DNA of 64,000 nt, from NCBI GenBank assembly GCA_008690995.1, contig VRMN01000006.1, forward strand, positions 310,001-374,000. The letters run 5' to 3'. How positions within the stretch are numbered: the first letter of the stretch is position 1; the number at the start of each line of letters is the position of its first letter. The notes under the pieces were generated by a model. The model searched no databases. It was not told the DNA's origin and saw nothing but the letters and a program-made list of their open reading frames with translations. Source of the stretch: Porphyridium purpureum. Lineage: Eukaryota. Positions 44,158 through 55,166 of this stretch are shown here, piece after piece. The translations under genes were made by a program, and so were the position numbers.

Positions 44158-46434
44158 ATGGCCGCCCTGCCGAAGCGGGTCGTGAGCTTTGCGCCTCCGG
44201 GCGAGGAGAAAAGTCCGGTGACTGCAAGTCATCGGCCCGTTTCGGCGCCGGGCAATCCCAACGCAGGCGCCGAACCAGTTGAGACCGAATCGCTGCAGTC
44301 TCATGCAGGCATAGCAGGCGGCTTGAACAATGTCACGCCTTCTCCGCGGGCGGAGCAAAGCGCGCATGAGGGCGCACCGGAACACAGCCTCTCACACGCC
44401 AACGAGAAAGTGGGGCCCGGACATCTGGATGACATGATGCAAAGCACATTGATCCGGAGCTACGGCGATCGCAAGCCATCCGACACCCCTGCCTTGAAAG
44501 AAATGCGGTCGAGCGTCCTATTCTCCAACTTGGCGGGCGCGGACCCGAGCCAGTCCGAGGCGGCTGAAATTCCCGCGTCGCTGCTCAATTCATCATTTCA
44601 GCTAGGCGTTGCGCCCAGTACGCACAAAGGCACGAGTGCCGGTAAAAACTCGCGCGGCAGCTCGTCGAATCATAAAAAGCAGCTGCGCGCGTCAACTGGG
44701 ACGGTGCCACCGTCCGGCGCCGGACAACAAGCAACATCTACGTCGAACTCTTCGACGCGCGGGACAGACAGCATGGCACCGGATGCGACAATGCTTCAGA
44801 TGGAAGCGGCACAAGCCAAGGCGGACGCGCATGCCACAGAGCTGTCATTTACCGAATTTCGGAAAAGTTTTGAGCCAGTTCGCGTCAGCGTGCACAAAAA
44901 GAAACGCTGTGCCTTTGCAAAAATGGTCAAGCTGCAGAGCTTCGATGGTGGGGGAGGAGGACCGGTTTGGGCCATGAAATTTAGTTTTCGCGGCAACATG
45001 CTCGCCACGGGCGCCAAGGATGGCATTTTGCGTGTTTTCAATGTTAAAGATGAGAGAATCACGCCGACGCTGTACAAGTACGTGGACGAAGAAGAGCAGA
45101 GTGTTCGCCACTACTGTGGACATGCGCGTGACATTGTGGACTTGGCATGGACGAGTAGCGACTTTGTCGTCACAGCTGGACTTGATATGAAGGTGATGGT
45201 ATGGTACGCGGCGATCCCACCGCAACAGAATTCCGGCCACTTTTCTGCATTGCGTATACTTCAGCACCCAGATCTAGTCACCTGTGTCTCTGTGCATCCC
45301 TTGGACGAAACCGTGCTTATGACGGGCTGTGCGAATGGCAAAGCGTACATGTGGAAGATTACCAAACAATCAATCAAGAAGAGCAGACCTGCATCATCTG
45401 ATCACGAAGCAATAACAGCTGCGAGTCCAGTAAGTCCACCAGATGGTAGAGACGATATGAGCGCGATGGCGCCTGGTGTTGGCAAGCGCTCGGCAGAAGG
45501 CATGCTCCTCACGTCCAGCGTGGAGACGGAGAATGTGGTCACTGCGTGCTCGTTCACCACAGACGGGAGCTGCGCGCTCGTCGGCACCGCCAACGGCCAC
45601 GTCAAACTGTGCAAGGTGCAGGATGATATGAGTGGCGAGTGGAAGCTGCGACATACGACTGAGCTCGAGATCCGGTCTCGGCGCATACGCAAGCAATCTC
45701 ACTTCAACAAGATTTCCGGGATTACGAACCATCCGACAAACACGCAGGCCGTCATGATCGCGTCCAACGATTCGCGCTTGCGTATGTTGTCGCTTGATGA
45801 TAAGAGCATCACGTGGAAGCTGGCGAATCATGAAAATTCGCGCTCGCGTTTTGCAGCATCGTTCAGTCCGGGAGAAGGACGGTTTGTGATGTGCGGCTCT
45901 GAGCCACGCAGCATCCGCATCTGGGACACGTTCATTTGGAGTGTGCTCACAGGTAGTGCGGCAGACCTAACCATATTCAAAACAAAGCGTACCGTTCTTG
46001 GGAGCAAGGCACTTCACGCAAAGTCGGAAAGCATCGACAGAAAGTCGGAGCGCCGTACCTCTGCGGATTCAATTCCTGCGGGATCGAGTGCGGCGGAAAC
46101 CCCTCAACAAGTGGCTGACTTTCAGAGCTTCACATCTTCCGCGTTATCTGCAGGCGTTGCTCCCTCGTTTTCGAAAGCACCGTCGCAGGCCGAGTTGAAG
46201 GGCCGCTACGAGTCGTTTGAAACATTCAAGTGCACAGCAACTTCGGAATTTGCGGCTTCAGACAAGGGCGCTCGGCTCACTGTTGCACTGTTTGCGCCGT
46301 TTCCAGGGCTACCGTCCCCAGCGAACGTGATCGCGCTCGCGACTGGTCCTGAAGAGATTCGCGCTGCCGCCGGCCTCACCGTATTGTGCGCCACAACGAG
46401 CGGCGTCGTGACTGTGTTCCGCAATTTGTACTGA
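44158..46434 (+). CDS. WD40-repeat protein, WDR44-like
   Basis: GPVWAMKFSFRGNMLATGAKDGILRVF, GHARDIVDLAW, HPDLVTCVSVHP, IASNDSRLR and ASFSPGEGRFVMCGSE..IRIWD. Confidence 0.85.
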   Translation: MAALPKRVVSFAPPGEEKSPVTASHRPVSAPGNPNAGAEPVETESLQSHAGIAGGLNNVTPSPRAEQSAHEGAPEHSLSHANEKVGPGHLDDMMQSTLIRSYGDRKPSDTPALKEMRSSVLFSNLAGADPSQSEAAEIPASLLNSSFQLGVAPSTHKGTSAGKNSRGSSSNHKKQLRASTGTVPPSGAGQQATSTSNSSTRGTDSMAPDATMLQMEAAQAKADAHATELSFTEFRKSFEPVRVSVHKKKRCAFAKMVKLQSFDGGGGGPVWAMKFSFRGNMLATGAKDGILRVFNVKDERITPTLYKYVDEEEQSVRHYCGHARDIVDLAWTSSDFVVTAGLDMKVMVWYAAIPPQQNSGHFSALRILQHPDLVTCVSVHPLDETVLMTGCANGKAYMWKITKQSIKKSRPASSDHEAITAASPVSPPDGRDDMSAMAPGVGKRSAEGMLLTSSVETENVVTACSFTTDGSCALVGTANGHVKLCKVQDDMSGEWKLRHTTELEIRSRRIRKQSHFNKISGITNHPTNTQAVMIASNDSRLRMLSLDDKSITWKLANHENSRSRFAASFSPGEGRFVMCGSEPRSIRIWDTFIWSVLTGSAADLTIFKTKRTVLGSKALHAKSESIDRKSERRTSADSIPAGSSAAETPQQVADFQSFTSSALSAGVAPSFSKAPSQAELKGRYESFETFKCTATSEFAASDKGARLTVALFAPFPGLPSPANVIALATGPEEIRAAAGLTVLCATTSGVVTVFRNLY

Positions 46435-46592
46435 AATGCGTGCTTGTTTCACGCGCGAGACGCGCCCAATAATTTTTACTAACTCAGATTGGCCCGCATA
46501 TCCAGTCAAAATACGCATTCTGTTTTCTATACACACAAACGCACACTCACACACACAAGTCCAGCGCTTCTGTCTGCGACAGCCCTCCGAGC

Positions 46593-48433
46593 TCAGCCGA
46601 TCCATTCCGTGTCCGGGTCGCTCGCGGCAAATTGATTACTCGGCAAGGCTGGCTGGCGGACAAGCGCATCTGCGCGCCATGATAGGTCGCTCTGAATCAT
46701 GAGGGAACTGGGCTTTTCCTCGTACTGCTTTGCAAGCCTGTAATTATGGTCACCGCGGCCCACGTGCCGAATATATACCTCCCAATTCCGCGGGTACGCG
46801 TAGAGCAGCGCACCCGCGAGCTCATTCTTGAAGTACGCAAACTGGTCCAACACGTACGCCTCTCGATAGTCGCTCAGAAAAGATGGACGGCGCTCCTCGC
46901 GAAGGCCATACAAGGTAAGCACAACCAGGTCCGGGTTCAACATGATCACGGGTCTCCCGCGGCGCCAGTTCTCATAGTGCACGTACTCGACTTTTTCGAT
47001 GCGGATTGGATTCCCGTCGGTGTTTCGCGGGCACGCAAGGATGGCCCAGTCGTCGTCGTCTTCAAACGAGCCTCCGTCGAGCGACGCGAGCCTGATGCTT
47101 GAACGAAACTCTGGCGGAATCACGCGACTGCGACATTGCTCGGCCTCCATGACGTCCTCATCGGTGTTCAAAAAGATCTTGATGATGCGCAACTTGCTCG
47201 TGGTGCGCTTGATTTCGGAGCACAGTGCCACCACGAGCTCTAGGATGCTCTCAAAATTATCCGACAGGCTTCCGCACCGCGCGATCTTGTACATGCGCTC
47301 GTGCCGCATTTCGAGACTAATCCTCGACTTGTCCAGTCCTTGTTCCAGTTTCTCATCGACCAGAGCCGCCAAGCACGATTGTGCAGCCTGCAGACACGCA
47401 GTTTGCCAGTCCTCTGGAAACCGCGAGCATCCCACGTACAACGAACGCGACACACGTGCTTTGCTCTCCGAAGCGGACGGCTTGACGTCGCTCGCCGCCT
47501 TGCCCGCCTGGCGCGCACCGGTTTTCAGCGCCTTGCGCTGCTGCGACAACTGCTTGTCCAACAGCAAGTCCCGCTCGGCCTGCTTTTGCAATTCTTGCAG
47601 CCGCAGCTCCTGTCGTTCCTGCTGCCGCTGCAGTCGACTCCACGCGCTCGTGCGGGACGCGCTTGCGACCGCTGGCGGCGCCATGTACATGGATGCGAAG
47701 CTCGGTCGTCCGGGCTTGTTTCGTGTGACGCTCCTGCGCGTGATGCGCGGGGCAGCCGCAGAAGAGGCCACGCCCACCACGCTGGCGTGGTCCAGAGGCG
47801 CTCCTCCCAATGAAGGCTCCGGCTCTGGTTTTGCCTTGAGCGGCGCTCGCGACCGCGACTTGGTTGGCTTTTGAACCCCGCTTGCGGCGGTGGCCATTCG
47901 ACTGTCCGACTCGCTCTCGCAAGCGATGGGGTCCGACCTCAGTTTTCTCCGGGTCGCACGCGCGTCCCCGGCGCTCGCGGCCAGGGATGCAGTGCCGCTG
48001 CCACTTGCTGGCGGGCTGCTGCGGCGTCGGCGGCGGCCTGACGCCGCGACGGCTATGGAGGCCGTGGCGCCGGCCTTTGCCATGCCCAGGCTCGCCGTGG
48101 CCGACCCGGAGCGCCGCGCCGCGCGCCGCGGGACCGACGAGGCTGCGCGCGCATGCCACCGCGGCAGTTGCCGTGGCGGCGCCTGCGACAGCCGGGCCAG
48201 CCTCCTCGCCGCCGCGCCGCGCACTCCTGCCGCGCCCGCACTGCTAGCCGCCGCCAGGCGCGCGCGTGTCTTTGCCGCGGCTCCTGCACGAGGAGCCCTT
48301 CCAGAAGCAACAGCTGCCGCCGCCGCTGCTGCTGCCGCCGCTGCACGCGCTCTGCTGCGCGGCGACCATCCACGCCGCTGCGCAGCTCCGCACCGGCGCC
48401 CATCCCCACCACGAACCCGACTGCGGCCGCCAT
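46593..48433 (-). CDS. DUF1995 (LPA3-like) plastid protein; 5' region frameshifted
   Basis: C-terminal RPVIMLNPDL, GALLYAYPRNWEVY and Y...KPS are typical of DUF1995. A transit-peptide-like MAAAVGFVVGMG starts at 48433 in another frame. Confidence 0.75.
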
Positions 48434-48488
48434 CTGATCCTCGCGCCGCGCACCACCGCGTGCCTGCACGCGCCGTCCCTCACGCGCG

Positions 48489-48491
<3 letters not shown>

Positions 48492-48520
<29 letters not shown>
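48492..48520. repeat. (CA)n microsatellite
   Basis: About 14 CA units. Confidence 0.9.
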
Positions 48521-48524
<4 letters not shown>

Positions 48525-49629
48525 CCGGCCCCCCTCCGCTCCTCTCGCTCCCGCCCGCTCGCGTCTCTCGCCCGAACAGTCACACACCACGCGCTCCCAC
48601 GCTCCCCGCGCCACCTCCACCCCCGCCGCTCGCGCCCGATTAAACAGCCGCGTCTACCTACACAAAAACGGTTCGGCTCCTTATCCCGTGCGCTCTCCCG
48701 CGCTGTGTCTCGCTCGGTCTCCGCTCCCCGCTATGCCGCTTCCAAACTGCGTCCTTCCGCGCGTTCTCTTTCTATCACTCCACACCCGCTAACAAACACC
48801 ACAGCACCATAACACCCACACACTGTACCTCCCCTCCGTCCCCGACACCACCACCACAACCGATCGACCCACTACCAAACTCTTACTCTCTCTCTCTCAC
48901 TCACTCACACACACACGCGCAGATATGAACAGATCGAGTCGTGTGTGTGTGTGCGTGTCGCATAGCACAGGCACTCGGAAGTATAATCACAGGAATCGTG
49001 GTAATGCGGGTGGTGCTGCTGCTGGTGGTGGTGGTGGTGGTGGAAGGACGGATAGGAAGAGGAAGGCAATGAGGGTTGGTGGTGGGGGGGAGCTCGCAGA
49101 TATGCGGGAGCGCGGCTGCGGCAGGTGAGCTGTACCGCCACGAGGTCACAAACGCTGTACCGGAGAGGATCGTGGCGGGGGGTGGGGTGTTGCCGCGGGG
49201 AGAGACGCGCGTGGGGGTAGCTCGCGCGCAGGAGCGCCCGGAAGGGTGGGAATGGGGGCGTCGCGCCACAGACTCTGCGCGCCGTCGCCGGCAGCGCGTG
49301 CGGCAGCGGCGGCGCTGTTTCGCACGTGGCGGCGGCGCACGGGCTGACAGGCCGGCGTGGTCCTGCGGCGTGGCCACACGCGCGAGCTGAGCAGCTGGTT
49401 GAAACCCCGGCGCGGCGCGGCGCCAGGTGCAAGGACGGGTGCGGCAGCTCTGTAGTGGACTCGGTGCGGCGCGGTGCTCAGGATGACAATGGCATGCCGC
49501 ATGCTGCATGCCGCAGTAACCCTACAGCGAACGGAATCGCGCAGATTCGACGCGCGCGTGCGCGCGAGGAAGCGCGCGGTGGCAGAGAGAGACCCCGCGG
49601 CATAGACGCGGCGGCGGCAGTGGTGTGGG

Positions 49630-50904
49630 ATGCGTGGAGGTAAGGAGCTGCGATGGACGGATGCGCTGCGCGCGGTGCTCGCCGCGCTGCTGCGCGCAGT
49701 GCGCTTTCTCTACGGCATCGCGTCAGACCGGTACGCAGACTTGAGTGAGGGTGACGTGTGGCTGCGCCCAAACCAGCACGACTGGGAGGCGCTGCGCCGG
49801 GAGATGGCCAGCCGTGGGCCTGGCGCCGACCGCGCAACGTGCTTGCACCGAGCCGCAGCAAAGGCAGACTGCATGCAGACATGGTTTGGCCATCCGGACG
49901 CCATGCACGTCAAGATCTTCCGGCCGCGCGCTATCCGTGCGCCCGAGCAAACGTGCATGGTGGTGCATGGGCTCTGCGCGAGTGGCTACGCCGACGAACG
50001 CGTTCTGCAGCTCGCGCGCGCCCTGGCTTCGGCTGGATTCACGGTCGCAGTTCCGCGGATCGCGCCTCTAGAGAACTGCGAGATCGGCGCCGCGTCCACG
50101 CAGGCCATCACGGCCGCGTCCCTCCTCCTGCTGCGACTGCTTGGCGCACAGCAACAGCAGCAGCCAAACCTCATGCTTTTCAAAGACAAACGGCCAGAAC
50201 GCATTGCATATGCGGCCGCGTGCATAAGTGCAGGCATGTGCATCCTCGCCGCAGCGCAGCCGTGTCTCAGGGGGAAAGTTAGCGCCATGCTGCTCGTGGG
50301 CACCTACGCCAACGTGGAGACTGTCGTGCATCACGTCATGGATGAAGCGCTGCTAGACGACTATGGTCGGAACGCAATGTTCCTGAACTACATGCACGTT
50401 CTGTGCGGCCGCGATCAGAATCGCGACGCCCTGTTTCGAGCGGCGCTAAATCTAAACCACTATCAGACGCAAGACAAGCACGCATCGGTCGTCTACTGGG
50501 AGCGCGAATTCAACCGCTTGTGCAAGGAGCACCCACAGCTTGCGGAACAGTTTTTGCGCATCCAGCGCGATGCGGCGTACCGGCAGCAGCTCGCCGCAAG
50601 GCTCTGCAGTGAGATTCTCGACGAGCTAGAGGCGCTATCTCCGAGCCGCGTGGTGCAAAGCATTGCTCCCGCAGCGCTGTGCATGATGCATGGCGCTAGC
50701 GACTGCGTTGTGCCTTCGAGTGAATCTGCACTCCTGCACTGCCTGTCGAGCAAAGCGGTACCTCCCGTCCGGAGCGCCCTGAGCGTGACCACATTGATTG
50801 ACCACGGCACTAAGCAGACAGTCTCAATACGCGCGGCCGCAGAGGTCCTTGAACTGCTTCGCGTAGTTTATTTATTTTGCAAGGCCGTTGCATCAAACGC
50901 CTGA
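49630..50904 (+). CDS. Alpha/beta-hydrolase fold protein
   Basis: MVVHG...LARALASAGFTVAVP, elbow region IAYAAACISAG, MMHGASDCVVP and C-terminal LIDH. Confidence 0.75.
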   Translation: MRGGKELRWTDALRAVLAALLRAVRFLYGIASDRYADLSEGDVWLRPNQHDWEALRREMASRGPGADRATCLHRAAAKADCMQTWFGHPDAMHVKIFRPRAIRAPEQTCMVVHGLCASGYADERVLQLARALASAGFTVAVPRIAPLENCEIGAASTQAITAASLLLLRLLGAQQQQQPNLMLFKDKRPERIAYAAACISAGMCILAAAQPCLRGKVSAMLLVGTYANVETVVHHVMDEALLDDYGRNAMFLNYMHVLCGRDQNRDALFRAALNLNHYQTQDKHASVVYWEREFNRLCKEHPQLAEQFLRIQRDAAYRQQLAARLCSEILDELEALSPSRVVQSIAPAALCMMHGASDCVVPSSESALLHCLSSKAVPPVRSALSVTTLIDHGTKQTVSIRAAAEVLELLRVVYLFCKAVASNA

Positions 50905-50913
50905 GTGGCCCCG

Positions 50914-51576
50914 TTACGTTTCGGCTTTCAACATTTCGGTGGCAATATTTTTGGCCATGTTTCCATCCAACTCGTCACGATGTGCTTTCATCAGAATGCC
51001 CATGACTTTGCCCATATCCGCAGGTCCCTTGGCGCCAGACTTGGCGATGGCCTCGCGCACCCACTGTTCCACCGTGCCTTCGTCCGCCAGCGTGGGCAAG
51101 TACTGCTCAATTATTGCAAGCTCACGGGCCTCCTTGTCAGCGGCATCCTTGCGGCCTGCATTTGTGTACGCCTCTATGCTATCCTTGCGTACTTTCGCCA
51201 GCTTCTTCAACACGTCCACGGCTTCCGCGTCTGTCAAACTCTCCTTGTTTCCTCCGTCCTTGAGCGCATTCACCATGGCGGCGCGCATCAACCTGTACGC
51301 GGAAAGTAGATCTTTGTCCTGCGCCTTCATGGCGGCCTTCATTCGGTCATTCACGTCTTGCTCAATGCTTTTGGAACCGCCTGATCCAGAACTCGTCGTC
51401 GCCGCCGCCTTGGTCATCATCATCATCATCCCCAGCATGCGCGACACCCGAGCAGAGGCCCCACCCGCACGCGCGACGACGACCGGAGTCGAGCCGCGCC
51501 GCACCAGCGCCGGAACTCGGCCCAAGCCGTGCAGTGCGAGCAGGCGCATGCCGAGAAAGCACAGCTCACCACCCAT
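50914..51576 (-). CDS. GatB/YqeY domain protein, organelle-targeted
   Basis: MKAAMKAQDK, KVRKDSIEAYTNAGRKD, ELAIIEQYLP and DMGKVMG. Start codon uncertain. Confidence 0.9.
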   Translation of the reverse strand: MGGELCFLGMRLLALHGLGRVPALVRRGSTPVVVARAGGASARVSRMLGMMMMMTKAAATTSSGSGGSKSIEQDVNDRMKAAMKAQDKDLLSAYRLMRAAMVNALKDGGNKESLTDAEAVDVLKKLAKVRKDSIEAYTNAGRKDAADKEARELAIIEQYLPTLADEGTVEQWVREAIAKSGAKGPADMGKVMGILMKAHRDELDGNMAKNIATEMLKAET

Positions 51577-51869
51577 CGCACCACGGCTCTTCTGTCTCGT
51601 GTGTGCGCCCCACGCACAAACTGCCCGCGCGCGAGCTCGAGCGCTCCGGGCGCGCGCCGCACCAATTCTGTATGTGACACTGTACCGCCGCGCGTCCATC
51701 TCATAGCAAATGCAACGAGTTTAGTAGAAAGTTCCGGATTTCTGAAACTGCAGCTGGCGCGGTGGGCAACGGCGCGAGGTCGAACGTGGTGGCGAGCGGC
51801 GTGCCGCGGGCGGCGTCGAGCGTTCTCGAGGTTCCTTGGCTCGGGTCAGGGTAGCAGTGAAGCACGCAT

Positions 51870-53717
51870 ATGCGCAGCATGTTGGCGTTTCACTCGCACG
51901 GAACTGCTGTTTCGTCTATCCAGGCACTTAGACGTCGTGGCGGGGATGCGAAGGACCCGCAACGGAGAGATGTGCCGGCCGGCACGCGCACCCGCGCGAT
52001 GTGCTGCGACCGCCAGCACGCGACTAGGATGCATGCGTCGCCTGTCCCAGTGTCCGTGGCAAGGCGGGCGAGAGCAGGCGCAGCAGCTCTGAGCGGACGC
52101 ATGCCGGAAGCGAGCCCAGAGGTGCGAGAACGGAAATTGCAGTGCCGCGGGCAGAACCCGGCGTTGCAAGAAATTGGCGTCGAGAACATTGCGTTCTATA
52201 ATACCATGAGCGAAGCCAAGACGCCATTCAAGAGCGTCACGCCGGGCGTGGTGAATATGTATACGTGTGGACCAACCATTTACGATTTCGCTCACGTTGG
52301 AAATTTCCGCGCGTTCCTCATGTACGATATTCTGAAGCGCTGGTTGCTGTACCGTGGTTTCGAGGTCAACCATGTCATGAATCTCACGGATGTGGAGGAC
52401 AAAATTATTGCCAAAGTCGCCCAAAGCAACGTTCCGCTGCAGGAGCTGACTGAATTTTACGCCACCGCGTTTTTCCAGGACGGCCAGATGCTCAACATCA
52501 TCCCGGCAGACTTGTATCCACGCGCAACAGAACACATTGGCGACATTGCCGAAATGATTCACACGCTCAAGGAACGCGGCTTTGCGTACAGCAAAGACGG
52601 CTCCACTTACTTTAGTGTCGACCAGTTTCCGACGTACGGCAAACTCGTCAAGCTGGACCGCCGGCAGGGCGGGAGTCGGCCGCTTTCGTCGGATGCTCAG
52701 CAGGAGGGCGAGACAGAAACGCCCACTCACTCGCAGACGTCGGACTCGGACGAGTATGACAAGGAAAATGCGGCGGACTTTGCGCTGTGGAAGGCTTACA
52801 AGTCGGAGGACGGGCAAGTCTTTTGGGAGGATGCCGAGCTCGGCAAGGGTCGACCTGGATGGCACATTGAGTGCTCGTGTATGGCGGTTAAATATCTCGG
52901 AGAGACGCTGGACATCCATGCGGGAGGTATCGACCTTGTCTTTCCGCATCACGAAAATGAAATTGCTCAGAGCGAGGCGGCGTGCGGTGCCTCTCCCTTT
53001 GCCAACTTTTGGCTGCACAACGGCTTCGTCAATATCGGCGGCGAGAAAATGAGCAAGAGTCTCAAGAACTTCCGCACGCTGCGGCAAATTGTGAGCAGCG
53101 AGCTCGACGCCCGCGCTTTCCGGTACCTTGTGGTAGCTTCTCAGTACCGCTCCACTCTAAACTTGACTGACCAGGTCATCAAGGCAGCCAAAGGTACCAT
53201 AAGAAGACTGGATGCGCTGCGAGCGCGGCTCGAAGCCATTCGAGACGCCTCACAAAGTAACACCAGCAGCGAGGGTAGCGATTCCGTGCATGAGGTGCTG
53301 GCCAAAGTACGACGCGACTTTGTGCGCCACATGGACGATGATTTGAACTCTCCGCGCGCAATGGCGTCTATTTTTGAGCTAGTGAATGCGACAGAGAAGA
53401 GCATCAAGGCATCGCAGATGACACAACCGCTTGCTGCAGCTACTCTCGAATTTCTTGACGATGCCAATCGCGTGCTTGGTATTTTTTATTCCACGGCGAT
53501 ATACGGTGAGTGCGGCGAAATTCGGGCTGCTGATCCGGTGGAAGCCGACATCGAAATCACCCCTGCGCTTGCAGCGTTGCTGAAGCAGCGCGCAGACGCG
53601 CGCACACAGAAGGACTGGTCGCGCGCGGACGAAATTCGAGATCAGTTGGCAGCGGCCGGCTTCTCTGTGAAGGATACGGCGGCTGGCCCAGAGCTCGTGC
53701 GGCTGGGAGACAAGTAG
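51870..53717 (+). CDS. cysS: Cysteinyl-tRNA synthetase, organelle-targeted
   Basis: [15 protein letters not shown] (HIGH), [41 protein letters not shown] and ADEIRDQL. Confidence 0.96.
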   Translation: MRSMLAFHSHGTAVSSIQALRRRGGDAKDPQRRDVPAGTRTRAMCCDRQHATRMHASPVPVSVARRARAGAAALSGRMPEASPEVRERKLQCRGQNPALQEIGVENIAFYNTMSEAKTPFKSVTPGVVNMYTCGPTIYDFAHVGNFRAFLMYDILKRWLLYRGFEVNHVMNLTDVEDKIIAKVAQSNVPLQELTEFYATAFFQDGQMLNIIPADLYPRATEHIGDIAEMIHTLKERGFAYSKDGSTYFSVDQFPTYGKLVKLDRRQGGSRPLSSDAQQEGETETPTHSQTSDSDEYDKENAADFALWKAYKSEDGQVFWEDAELGKGRPGWHIECSCMAVKYLGETLDIHAGGIDLVFPHHENEIAQSEAACGASPFANFWLHNGFVNIGGEKMSKSLKNFRTLRQIVSSELDARAFRYLVVASQYRSTLNLTDQVIKAAKGTIRRLDALRARLEAIRDASQSNTSSEGSDSVHEVLAKVRRDFVRHMDDDLNSPRAMASIFELVNATEKSIKASQMTQPLAAATLEFLDDANRVLGIFYSTAIYGECGEIRAADPVEADIEITPALAALLKQRADARTQKDWSRADEIRDQLAAAGFSVKDTAAGPELVRLGDK

Positions 53718-53831
53718 CGAATCGACTCGACAATGTATCTAGGCTTCGCGTGCTCGTCATGCGACGCACCGCCAATGTCATTTTTCTATGCACACACTAG
53801 CCGAGCCAGGCTTCTAGCACGCACGACTCGG

Positions 53832-54470
53832 CTACCGCCCAAGGACGCGGTCGAGGAAAGTTTGGAATCTCCCTTTGTCTGTGTGAGTTTGCAAAAGTCC
53901 AGTCTCTTGCTCCGTCTGCTTCGGCGCCGGCAGCGACGCGCTCTTGCGAACCAGCTGCACATCACCTACTTGCTCACCCGTTTTCCTTTTTTTCGCTGTG
54001 GCTCGTCCCTGCGTCGTTGGCTCTGTGTCTCGAGCGCGTCCTCGCCTCTGCATTGGAGGCGCTTCGTGCAGCAGCGGCAAAGCTGCTTCTGCGTCGTCGC
54101 GGCGACGCTCCTTGACTGTGCCGTAACGCTTGAATGCACCACATGCGGTACACGTGAGAACCAAGTGCTTGTCACGACCTGGTGTGGTACGCAGGCGGGA
54201 CGAAACGCCAGGAACCAGCAGCGCGTTGCACTTTTTGCACACAGCACGCTTGACCGTGTTCGCATCGAGGCGAACTTGCAATTTTTTGCCGAGGCTGCGC
54301 ACCTGGCCGGCGTACTTGGCCGCTGTCCATCGCGCATCTTGACGCTGGAGCGCCATCGCTGCGGTCCACGCGTAATTGATCCTCGCGCAGCCCGAATCGT
54401 CACGCGCGTTGCCGCGGCCCTTCTGCTGGCGCTGTGCAGCGCTCGTGAGGGCCGGGAGCTCGAACACCAT
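53832..54470 (-). CDS. RPP21: RNase P protein subunit RPP21/Rpr2
   Basis: RINYAWTAA...KLQVRLD..VKRAVCKKCNALLVPG...LVLTCTACGAFKRY (four-Cys Zn ribbon). The nearest upstream ATG is at 54470; the alternative is 54542. Confidence 0.88.
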   Translation of the reverse strand: MVFELPALTSAAQRQQKGRGNARDDSGCARINYAWTAAMALQRQDARWTAAKYAGQVRSLGKKLQVRLDANTVKRAVCKKCNALLVPGVSSRLRTTPGRDKHLVLTCTACGAFKRYGTVKERRRDDAEAALPLLHEAPPMQRRGRARDTEPTTQGRATAKKRKTGEQVGDVQLVRKSASLPAPKQTEQETGLLQTHTDKGRFQTFLDRVLGR

Positions 54471-55157
54471 GGGTGCTTCCGGGGAGCGCTCTGTGTTTGT
54501 GACCGTCGGAAGCACCGAGTTTGACGCTCTAATCGAGGCCATGACGGCGCCCCAGATGTTGCGCGCTCTCCGCGCGTTCGGGTACACAAAGTTGCGCGTT
54601 CAGTATGGCCGTGGAAAATTCGTGCCACGCGCTTGTGGTGAGGATGACGGCTTGTTTGATGAAATGGTTGATTGCTTCCGCTTCAAACCGTCCTTGACGC
54701 ACGATATGCAGCGTGCTGGCTTGATCATCAGCCACGCTGGCGCAGGAAGCATCTTTGAAGCGCTGCGCATGGGAAAGAACTTGATCGTTGTGATCAACGA
54801 CAGACTCATGGATAATCATCAGGCCGAGCTGGCCGAAGAAATGCAGGCACTTGGCCATTCGTACGCCGCAACGTGCTCAAATCTGCTAGACGTCATTCAA
54901 TCATCCGTACGTTCTCGTTGCTGGCGCCCTTTTTCTGTTCGTTCTTTGGGCTCACCAGACACGTTGCGAGCTCTTCTCATGGTGAGCCACAATGTCGACA
55001 AAAGCTGAGTTTACTGACCTTTTTCCCGCTTGCGTTTGTTCTCCACGCGCAGGACTTTGGATCTAGAACTCCACTCTCTCCTGAGCAACTAGGTGTGATA
55101 CCGTCGGTCATCAGCGAAGAACTGCGACATGCCGCAGCGCGACCTTCACAAGACTGA
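54469..55157 (+). CDS. ALG13: UDP-GlcNAc transferase subunit ALG13, two exons (54469-54906, 55053-55157)
   Basis: VFVTVGSTEFD, IISHAGAGSIFEAL and LMDNHQAELAE. Predicted phase-0 intron 54907-55052 (GTACGT...ACTGAC...pyrimidines...GCAG) yields the tail DFGSRTPLSPEQLGVIPSVISEEL. Confidence 0.9.
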
Positions 55158-55166
55158 GTTCGAGGG

